Source: Fibrobacterota bacterium (lineage in GTDB: Bacteria; Fibrobacterota; Fibrobacteria; UBA11236). Taken from it: 17,200 bases of DNA. How positions within the stretch are numbered: the first letter of the stretch is position 1; each line of letters starts with the position of its first letter. The translations under genes and the position numbers were made by a program. The notes under the pieces are model-generated. The model was given only the letters and a program-made list of their open reading frames with translations. It did not search any database and was not told the origin of the DNA. Location: positions 1 through 17,200 of the forward strand of contig JAYUVP010000140.1 in assembly GCA_043753995.1 (NCBI GenBank). Direction: 5' to 3'. Shown here piece by piece: positions 7,268 to 17,200 of this stretch.

Positions 7268-8209
7268 ATGAATCGCCAGTTTGCCGCCTTTTCCGGATCT
7301 CTTGCCGCCCTCCCTGCATTCGGCCGCGCCGCTCGCCTCCCCCGCTTGCCTTGGCTGGCCGCGCTCGCTTTGACCCTGTCTTTGTTTGCCGGCGTTGCCA
7401 GCGCCGAAGAGCATGGCCAAGACCTTGGCGGCTATATGATGCATCACTTGGCCAATGGGCATGAATGGCGCCCCATTCCCGGTGGGCCAACCTTGACCTT
7501 ACCCTCCCATTGGATGGTCGGCAATGTCGACATGAGCATATCCCTGCATGTCTTGCTTTTGCTCATCGCCGTGGTTGCTTTGATTTTGGTCTTCAAGCCC
7601 GCAGCCAAGCGCGTGGCCCACGCCCCCACCAATAAGCTCGGCCATATGATGGAAGCTTTCGTGCTCTTCATTCGCGACGAAGTGGTGAGGCCTAATCTCG
7701 GCGAAGAAGATGCTCCCAAATGGACGCCGTTTTTCTTGACCCTCTTCTTCTTTATACTCGCCTTAAATCTTATCGGTTTGATTCCCGGCTTTCCTGCGGC
7801 AACGGGCAATATCAATTTCACCGCCGCCATGTCCCTCTTGATTTTCGTGGTCTTCAATGTGGCTGGCATGAAGCACAATGGAGTGGGCCACTATGTCGCC
7901 AATATCGTCCCCAAGGGTTTGCCCATTGCGGTGATGCCCCTCATCGCCGCGATTGAATTCCTCGGCATCTTCACCAAGACCTTCGCCTTAGCCATTCGTC
8001 TTTTCGCCAATATGACGGCGGGCCACGTTCTCATCATGTCCTTGCTCGGCCTCATCATTGTCTTCAAGACCGTGTTGGCTTCAGCCGCTTTTGTTCCCTT
8101 CACCTTGTTCATTTATCTGATCGAGGTTTTGGTCGCGTTTTTACAAGCCTATGTCTTTACCCTTTTGGCCAGTCTCTTCGTGGGATCGGCCATTCATCAG
8201 GAGCATTGA
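7268..8209 (+). CDS. atpB: F0 ATP synthase subunit a
   Basis: NLIGLIP, ATGNINFT, ALAIRLFANMTAGH (essential Arg) and LQAYVFTLL. Start reassigned to ATG 7268. Confidence 0.96.
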   Translation: MNRQFAAFSGSLAALPAFGRAARLPRLPWLAALALTLSLFAGVASAEEHGQDLGGYMMHHLANGHEWRPIPGGPTLTLPSHWMVGNVDMSISLHVLLLLIAVVALILVFKPAAKRVAHAPTNKLGHMMEAFVLFIRDEVVRPNLGEEDAPKWTPFFLTLFFFILALNLIGLIPGFPAATGNINFTAAMSLLIFVVFNVAGMKHNGVGHYVANIVPKGLPIAVMPLIAAIEFLGIFTKTFALAIRLFANMTAGHVLIMSLLGLIIVFKTVLASAAFVPFTLFIYLIEVLVAFLQAYVFTLLASLFVGSAIHQEH

Positions 8210-8214
8210 CATGA

Positions 8215-8517
<303 letters not shown>

Positions 8518-8520
8518 GCA

Positions 8521-9123
8521 ATGAGCGGCAACCTCAACGGCATGCAATTGGCTGAAGCCGGCGAGACCGTCGCCGAAAGCCAAGGCACCCATGCCGAAAC
8601 GCAAGCGCATGGCGGCAACGCCTTGCCTCCGTTTTTGCAATTCGATCCGGGCGTAGGCATCTGGACCATCATCACCTTCGTTTTGCTGTTGGTGGTGCTC
8701 AAGAAAATGGCTTGGAAGCCGATTCTCGCTTCGCTCGACGAGCGTGAAAAGACCATCAAGCAAAGTCTCGATCAAGCCCAGCGTTTGCAAGGCGAGAATG
8801 CCCGTTTAGCCGAAGAGCAAAAACGCATTCTTGAAGCCGCCCGTGCGGAAGCCGCTGGTATTGTGCAGAACTCGCGCGAAGCCGCCGAAGTTTTGCGCCG
8901 CCAGCTCGAACAAGCTGCGCAAGCCGAAAAGGCCCGCATCTTGGCTTCAGCTCAGCAGGAAATCGAAACGCAAAAGCGCCAAGCTCTCGCTGAATTACGC
9001 AAGACCGCCGCTGATCTCTCGATCAGTGTCGCTGAAAAGCTGATTCGCCAGAACTTGGACGACTCCAAAAACCGTGCCCTCGTCGATTCTTTGATCGCCG
9101 AAGTGGGCGCAACCAAGGCCTGA
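8521..9123 (+). CDS. atpF: F0 ATP synthase subunit b
   Basis: [29 protein letters not shown] followed by a long coiled coil and VAEKLI. Confidence 0.94.
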   Translation: MSGNLNGMQLAEAGETVAESQGTHAETQAHGGNALPPFLQFDPGVGIWTIITFVLLLVVLKKMAWKPILASLDEREKTIKQSLDQAQRLQGENARLAEEQKRILEAARAEAAGIVQNSREAAEVLRRQLEQAAQAEKARILASAQQEIETQKRQALAELRKTAADLSISVAEKLIRQNLDDSKNRALVDSLIAEVGATKA

Positions 9124-9133
9124 GGCGAATTTC

Positions 9134-9682
9134 ATGGCGCATGGCTCTCAATACGTGAAGGCAGCGGCCGTTTATGCCCGCACCTTGCTTGCTCTGGCCA
9201 AAAGCCAGGGCGTAGAAGCGGCGGTGACCGGCGAAATGCAGGCTCTGTCTTCCTTGTTCGCCAAGGAAAAAGCCGTGGTACGTGCCTTGCACAATCCGGC
9301 CTTGTCGGGCGACAAGAAAACGCAATTGACCCAGGTCCTTGCCGATCGCGCTACACCGCTGACGGCCAAGCTCTTGCGTCTTTTGGCGACCAAGAATCGC
9401 CTCGCGGTTTTGCCTGCGCTTGCCGACACTTATTTGCGCCTCGAAGAAAAATCGCGCAATATCCGTCGCGCGAAAGTCATCAGCGCGGTGGCCATGAGCG
9501 CCGAACAACTCAAACAGTTGGCGGACTTGCTCGCGGCCAAAATGCCGGGCTCCACCTATCGCTTGGAAAATACGGTCGATTCCAATCTCGTCGCGGGCTT
9601 CCGCGTTGAAGAGGGCGATCGCATTCTCGACGCATCCTTGCGTCACAAGCTCGACTCATTGAGGCAAAAGCTCGCGGCCTGA
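9134..9682 (+). CDS. atpH: F1 ATP synthase subunit delta
   Basis: YARTL, LHNP, VISAVAM, VDSNLVAGF and ILDASL; position in the operon. Confidence 0.93.
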   Translation: MAHGSQYVKAAAVYARTLLALAKSQGVEAAVTGEMQALSSLFAKEKAVVRALHNPALSGDKKTQLTQVLADRATPLTAKLLRLLATKNRLAVLPALADTYLRLEEKSRNIRRAKVISAVAMSAEQLKQLADLLAAKMPGSTYRLENTVDSNLVAGFRVEEGDRILDASLRHKLDSLRQKLAA

Positions 9683-9738
9683 GGGCCGACTCCGAGCATA
9701 GCCAATAACACTTTTAGGCAATCAAGGATCAAGCACCC

Positions 9739-11271
9739 ATGGCCATCGAAGTCAAGTCGGACGAAATCTCGGCGATACTGCGCAAGCAGTTGGAAAGCCT
9801 CGACCTCGCCAGCGAGAGCTATGAGACGGGCACCGTGCTGCAAGTCGGCGACGGTATCGCTCGCGTTTATGGCCTGTCGAAGGCCATGTCGGGCGAAATG
9901 GTCGAAGTGCAAACCCAATCGGGACCTATCAGCGCCATCGTGCTGAATCTCGAAGCCGACAATGTCGGTATTGCCTTGCTCGGCAATTCTTCGGCGGCCA
10001 AAGAAGGCGACAAAGTCGTGCGCACCGGAAAAATCGCCTCCGTTCCTGTGGGCGATTCCATTCTCGGCCGCGTCATCAATGCCCTCGGCGAACCCATCGA
10101 CGGCGGCCCGGCTCTGACTAATACCGAATTGCGCCCTATTGAATTCAAGGCGCCCGGCATCATTCGCCGCAAGAATGTGCATGAGCCGCTCGAAACCGGC
10201 ATCAAGGCCATCGACACCATGATTCCGATTGGCCGCGGACAGCGCGAGCTCATCATCGGCGATCGCAAAACCGGCAAAACGGCCATTGCCCTTGACACCA
10301 TCATCAATCAAAAAGGCAAGGGCGTTAAGTGCATCTACGTGGCCATCGGCCAAAAGCAGAGCACGGTCGCCATGGTGGTGGAAAAATTGCGCCAAGCGGG
10401 CGCCATGGAATACACCACGGTTGTCGCCGCCAACGCTTCGGACTCGGCTCCCCTGCAATACCTCGCTCCTTATGCGGGCGTGACCATGGGCGAGTATTTC
10501 ATGTTCAAGGGCGGCCACTCGCTTTTGATTTACGACGATCTCACCAAGCAGGCCCAGGCTTATCGCCAGCTTTCCTTGCTGCTGCGCCGCCCTCCAGGAC
10601 GCGAAGCTTATCCCGGTGACGTGTTCTACGTCCACAGCCGCTTACTCGAGCGCGCTTGCAAAATGAGCGATGCCGAAGGCGCTGGCTCCTTGACCGCCTT
10701 GCCCATTATCGAAACCCAGGCCGGTGACGTTTCGGCTTACATTCCCACCAACGTGATTTCCATCACGGACGGGCAAATCTTTCTCGACGCCAATATGTTC
10801 AATGCGGGCCAACGCCCCGCCGTGGACGTGGGCCTTTCGGTTTCGCGCGTGGGTGGTGATGCCCAAATCAAGGCTACCAAACAGGTGGCCGGTACCTTGC
10901 GCCTTACTCTCGCGCAATATCGCGAACTCGCGGCCTTCTCGCAATTCGCCTCGGATCTCGACAAGAGCACGCAAAAGCAATTGGCTCGCGGCGAGCGCCT
11001 CATGCGCCTCTTGCGCCAAGGCCAATATCAGCCTTATCGCATCGCCAAGACCGTGGTCTCGATTTTCGCCGGTAATAATGGCTTCATCGACGAGATTCCA
11101 GTCTCCGACGTGAATCGCTATGAAAGCGAAATGCTGCAATACATCGATCTCAAGCATGCCGGCCTTTTCGACGAAATCGAAAAGAAGCAGAAGCTCGACG
11201 ACGACATGATGGCTCGCATCAAAACCGCCCTGACCGAATTCGCCAAGCAGTTCTCGGTGAAGCAGGCCTGA
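9739..11271 (+). CDS. atpA: F1 ATP synthase subunit alpha
   Basis: [33 protein letters not shown] and [11 protein letters not shown]. Confidence 0.99.
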   Translation: MAIEVKSDEISAILRKQLESLDLASESYETGTVLQVGDGIARVYGLSKAMSGEMVEVQTQSGPISAIVLNLEADNVGIALLGNSSAAKEGDKVVRTGKIASVPVGDSILGRVINALGEPIDGGPALTNTELRPIEFKAPGIIRRKNVHEPLETGIKAIDTMIPIGRGQRELIIGDRKTGKTAIALDTIINQKGKGVKCIYVAIGQKQSTVAMVVEKLRQAGAMEYTTVVAANASDSAPLQYLAPYAGVTMGEYFMFKGGHSLLIYDDLTKQAQAYRQLSLLLRRPPGREAYPGDVFYVHSRLLERACKMSDAEGAGSLTALPIIETQAGDVSAYIPTNVISITDGQIFLDANMFNAGQRPAVDVGLSVSRVGGDAQIKATKQVAGTLRLTLAQYRELAAFSQFASDLDKSTQKQLARGERLMRLLRQGQYQPYRIAKTVVSIFAGNNGFIDEIPVSDVNRYESEMLQYIDLKHAGLFDEIEKKQKLDDDMMARIKTALTEFAKQFSVKQA

Positions 11272-11284
11272 GGAATAAGCGGGC

Positions 11285-13623
<2,339 letters not shown>

Positions 13624-13631
13624 GGAAAATC

Positions 13632-14042
13632 ATGCGTCTGCAAATCTTGACCCCCGAACGCACCTTATTCGACGGCGAAGCCGATGGCGTGCTTTTGCCT
13701 GGCGAATCGGGTGGATTCGAAGTCTTGAAAGATCATGCTCCCATTCTTTCGAGCCTGGTGCCCGGAGAAGTGCGCGTGGCTATCGGCAAGAAAGAGCAGC
13801 CTTTCCATGTATCGGGCGGCTTTTTTGAATTCGCGCACAATAGCGGCGTGATTTTGGCGGACTCGGCGGAAACGCCCGAGGAAATCAAGGTCGCTCGCGC
13901 CGAGGCGGCACGTGATAGGGCGCAAAAGCGTTTGGCTCAGCCCCGCGATATCAATATGACGCGCGCCCAACAGGCACTTTTGCGCGCCATATCGCGTCTT
14001 CGCTTTGTCGGCAAATACGGCGCCCCTGGCGCCGCGGAGTAA
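13632..14042 (+). CDS. atpC: F1 ATP synthase subunit epsilon
   Basis: LQILTPER, HAPILS, VSGGFFE, ILADSAE and a C-terminal helical hairpin. Confidence 0.95.
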   Translation: MRLQILTPERTLFDGEADGVLLPGESGGFEVLKDHAPILSSLVPGEVRVAIGKKEQPFHVSGGFFEFAHNSGVILADSAETPEEIKVARAEAARDRAQKRLAQPRDINMTRAQQALLRAISRLRFVGKYGAPGAAE

Positions 14043-14093
14043 CGGCCTAGTTTTCTTAAGGCCCTCCCCTGCGGGCCCAGCGGCATCATCACC

Positions 14094-14570
14094 ATGCACC
14101 CTGCCGCGCAAAAACTCATCGACGAACTCGGTCTCATGCCCCACCCCGAAGGTGGGCATTTTTGCGAAGTGATACGATCGTCACGGACGATAGAGATTCC
14201 TGGGCAAGGCCCACGCAGCGCGATCACCTCGATTCACTTCCTTCTCACGCGCGGCGAACGTAGTCGCTGGCATCGCGTGGCTTCCGATGAGGTTTGGATT
14301 TGGCTAGAAGGCGCGCCGCTCGAATTGCATGTGAGCGATTTACGCGAGTATACGGTGGAAATATTGCAGCCGCCGCAGAGACAGCATGTCGTGCCTGCAG
14401 GGCATTGGCAGGCGGCCAGAACGCGAGGCGAGTATTCTCTGGTGGCTTGCGTTGTAGCTCCAGGGTTTGACTTCGCCGATTTCGAATTGATTCATCCCGA
14501 CACCGAACCGGGTTCGGAGGTGGCTCGGGGACTTATTGCATTAAAGAGGGAGGCTGCAGACTACCTATAA
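14094..14570 (+). CDS. Cupin, DUF985/Cupin_5 family
   Basis: LGLMPHPEGG, TSIHFLL, WHRVASDEVW, VPAGHWQAA and CVVAPGFDFADF. Confidence 0.9.
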   Translation: MHPAAQKLIDELGLMPHPEGGHFCEVIRSSRTIEIPGQGPRSAITSIHFLLTRGERSRWHRVASDEVWIWLEGAPLELHVSDLREYTVEILQPPQRQHVVPAGHWQAARTRGEYSLVACVVAPGFDFADFELIHPDTEPGSEVARGLIALKREAADYL

Positions 14571-14594
14571 AGCCTAGCATCACCCCCTTCATCC

Positions 14595-14623
14595 TTGCTT
14601 TTTGGTGATTAGATCACTAATAT
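14595..14623 (+). promoter_or_regulatory. Sigma70-type promoter with a palindrome in the spacer
   Basis: TTGCTT (14595-14600), 17-nt spacer, TAATAT (14618-14623). The spacer contains GTGAT-TAG-ATCAC. Confidence 0.6.
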
Positions 14624-14629
14624 ACTAGG

Positions 14630-15820
14630 ATGATTCGTCGAAAATTGACTATTTCGCTCGAAAAAGGGCTTTCAAGCTTTCCAGTAGTCAGCCTACTGGG
14701 ACCTCGCCAAGTCGGTAAAACCACCTTGGCCAATGAGATTGTCAAGACCTTGACGCCATCTGAAAATCAAACCCGCCCACCCTTGCGCCTAGATCTAGAG
14801 CGTCCCTCGGATTTACATAAACTCGAAGAAGCAGAATTATTTCTAGAAGCCCAACAAGACCGACTCGTCATCATCGACGAGGTACAGCGTAAACCAGATA
14901 TTTTTCCCCTTTTACGTGCGCTTGTGGATGCGAATCCGATACCGGGTCGTTTCTTATTGCTGGGCTCCTCATCACCCGACGTGAAACGACAAGGCTCCGA
15001 AAGCCTCGCGGGTCGCATTTTGGAAATGGAATTGGCGCCGTTTCTAATCGATGAATTACCCGCCACACCAGCCAACGCGCAATCGTTATGGCTACGTGGG
15101 GGTTACCCTAAAAGTTTTCTCGCCGACTCGGATTCTGACTCCTATCAATGGCGAACCGCATTCATCTCCACCCACTTAGAAAGGGATATACCCCAACTGG
15201 GTATTCGCATTCCAGCGACAACCTTATTTCGCTTTTGGCAAATGCTGGCTCATTCGCATGGACAATTATGGAATGCCGCACCCATTGCCTCAGCTATGCA
15301 AGTCGGCAATCAGGCGATTCAACATTATCTCGATATTTTAGAATCCACCTTCATGTTGCGCCGTTTGCCGCCCTTTTATACCAACCTCAAAAAACGATTG
15401 ATCAAATCCCCGAAGGTTTATTTCCGTGACAGCGGCCTCTTGCATGCGCTTTTGGGTCTCGAAGATTTCAATGCCTTGTCCGGACATCCCGGCCTAGGAG
15501 CCTCCTGGGAAGGCTGGGCGCTTGAACAAGTTCTCGGCGCTGCGCCACCCATATGGAGGCCGAGTTTTTATCGCACCCAGGCGGGAGCGGAATTGGATTT
15601 GATTTTAGAAAAGCCGGGAAAAAAACCGGTGGCTTTCGAATTCAAATACTCATCGACACCGCAAGTCACCAAAGGATTTTGGTCCGCTTTAAACGACACC
15701 GAACCCGAAAGGGCCTATGTCATAGCACCCATTCAGGAAGCCTATCCTCTGAAAACCCAGACGGACATACCGGTAACGGTCATACCCCTGAAAGATTTAG
15801 CCAAGGTGATGCTCACCTAA
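14630..15820 (+). CDS. AAA_14 / DUF4143 family ATP-binding protein
   Basis: GPRQVGKTT, IIDEVQ, LLGSS, ESLAGR, RGGYP, KSPKVYFRDSGL, and a C-terminal nuclease-like ELDLILE...FEFK. Confidence 0.92.
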   Translation: MIRRKLTISLEKGLSSFPVVSLLGPRQVGKTTLANEIVKTLTPSENQTRPPLRLDLERPSDLHKLEEAELFLEAQQDRLVIIDEVQRKPDIFPLLRALVDANPIPGRFLLLGSSSPDVKRQGSESLAGRILEMELAPFLIDELPATPANAQSLWLRGGYPKSFLADSDSDSYQWRTAFISTHLERDIPQLGIRIPATTLFRFWQMLAHSHGQLWNAAPIASAMQVGNQAIQHYLDILESTFMLRRLPPFYTNLKKRLIKSPKVYFRDSGLLHALLGLEDFNALSGHPGLGASWEGWALEQVLGAAPPIWRPSFYRTQAGAELDLILEKPGKKPVAFEFKYSSTPQVTKGFWSALNDTEPERAYVIAPIQEAYPLKTQTDIPVTVIPLKDLAKVMLT

Positions 15821-15840
15821 GCGAGCTAAACACCTTCCGC

Positions 15841-16653
15841 TCACCGCTTGCGAAGCAAAACAAAATCCTGCTTGGCTTTGCCGCTGAGTATTTCCACAAC
15901 CTCGAAATACTGCGCCCAATGCTTGCGGATATAGGCCTCAGGATGAAAAGCAGCGCAAAGATTGGTGCCGGCCACGCTCGCGTATTTCACAATCATTTTC
16001 CCGGCGCGAAAATCGACCACCTCATTCGGATCAAGATCAGGCACGAAAGGCTCACCATGGGTAGTCAAAAGCGCATGGCCACCGGGCTTTAATACGCGCT
16101 GCAATTCCTTGATCCAATCTTCACTCAGGGCTTCAGGCAAATGAGTGAAAACCGAAAAAGCATAAACCAAATCAAAAAAACCATCTTGGTATTTAAGAGG
16201 TGGAGCCAATTCATTGATACCGAAATCTCCGAAAGGCAAATTCGCGGCGCACCATTCCACCAGCTTGGGATTATAGTCGGAGCCATAAATCTTGGTGGCC
16301 GGATAGTCTTTCCAATAGCGAACGACTCGCCCGCAGCCACAACCGAAATCCAGGACGCGTTGCAATTTGTCAGCGCCCACACCATGTCGCGCCAAGGTCT
16401 CAAGAATCGAATTAAGGACAAGCTTGCCGCCTTCCATAAAAAGCACAGCATTGGTACGGCCACCCACGAGAACGATCAGGTTGGAAGGGGGAACCGGCAA
16501 ACCATCGGAAGGCAAACGGTTTTCCTCGCCTTTAACATCGTCCTTGGCCTTGGATGCCTTCCAAACTTCAGTCAGGCGAAAAGCGAATTTCAGCAGGCCC
16601 ACTTGTTCGAGAATGGCCTTGATCAAATTCTTAACGCTACGGGGAACGGGCAT
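15841..16653 (-). CDS. Class I SAM-dependent methyltransferase
   Basis: VLDFGCGCGR, FDLVYAFSVFTHL and RVLKPGG. Confidence 0.9.
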   Translation of the reverse strand: MPVPRSVKNLIKAILEQVGLLKFAFRLTEVWKASKAKDDVKGEENRLPSDGLPVPPSNLIVLVGGRTNAVLFMEGGKLVLNSILETLARHGVGADKLQRVLDFGCGCGRVVRYWKDYPATKIYGSDYNPKLVEWCAANLPFGDFGINELAPPLKYQDGFFDLVYAFSVFTHLPEALSEDWIKELQRVLKPGGHALLTTHGEPFVPDLDPNEVVDFRAGKMIVKYASVAGTNLCAAFHPEAYIRKHWAQYFEVVEILSGKAKQDFVLLRKR

Positions 16654-16720
16654 GCGACCTATACCGGTTAAAGGATGTCTGGCGACACCTCAAAAGGTAG
16701 CAAGCAAGGCAGCTAAAACC

Positions 16721-17200
16721 TTAATCTTGGAGCTTCGGTAAGGCCCGATCCATAGGAAGACCCAAAGCAAACTCCGAAACCGGAATAATGCGTCCGAGTG
16801 CATTCATAGCCAAGGCCTTCGGCATGAATCCGAAATGGCCGCGACTATCGCGCAAGGCATTGCGCCGTGCCAAGGGAGCAATGGAAGTAATGCCCGGCAT
16901 GGTCACCAGCACATCGACATAGCCATTCGCATCCCAGACATTATTGTTCACAGCCAAAACTTCGAAAGACGTGGTGCCATACTTATCGACCAGGGATTTA
17001 CCAACGGCCAGCACTCCGTCGGTTTCATCGGAAGAGCGCCGGGAACCCGGCGTGGCATCCAGCAACCAATTGTCGGTTCTTTTGTTCAGGAAACCGGAGA
17101 ACATCACGCAGGCTCCCGTGCGAGACGTCGTCAAGCTGGATCGATATTCAATCCAATAAGCATAGCTGGCATTCCCGGAGGGTATGCGCAAAGAGGCGAG
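16721..17200 (-). CDS. 3' end of a probable secreted protein, possibly an M11/M6-like metallopeptidase; partial
   Basis: The frame stays open to the window edge. YWIEYR...WLLDATPGS...DGVLAVGKS resembles the C-terminal domains of such peptidases, followed by a short basic tail. No catalytic motif is visible in the window. Confidence 0.55.
   Translation of the reverse strand, partial: LASLRIPSGNASYAYWIEYRSSLTTSRTGACVMFSGFLNKRTDNWLLDATPGSRRSSDETDGVLAVGKSLVDKYGTTSFEVLAVNNNVWDANGYVDVLVTMPGITSIAPLARRNALRDSRGHFGFMPKALAMNALGRIIPVSEFALGLPMDRALPKLQD

Overview
A bacterial chromosome segment, probably close to the replication origin (inferred from parS/parAB and rsmG). On the minus strand at the left are a partial LplT/Aas-type MFS transporter and slyD. 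A ~635-bp intergenic region follows with two canonical parS palindromes. A ~12-kb plus-strand run then carries rsmG, parA, a ~680-bp insert, parB, an M23 peptidase, a bactofilin, two small ATP synthase accessory genes, atpBEFHAGDC and a cupin. The right end holds an AAA_14/DUF4143-type ATPase, a convergent SAM methyltransferase and the 3' end of a probable secreted protein. The most unusual element is the parA-parB insert. It consists of nested degenerate repeats (128-bp and 84-bp periods), a duplicated hairpin, a perfect 18-bp inverted repeat and a G-quadruplex-type motif. It is also one open frame that overlaps both the parA stop and a candidate parB start. All calls were made by eye; no database searches were run.
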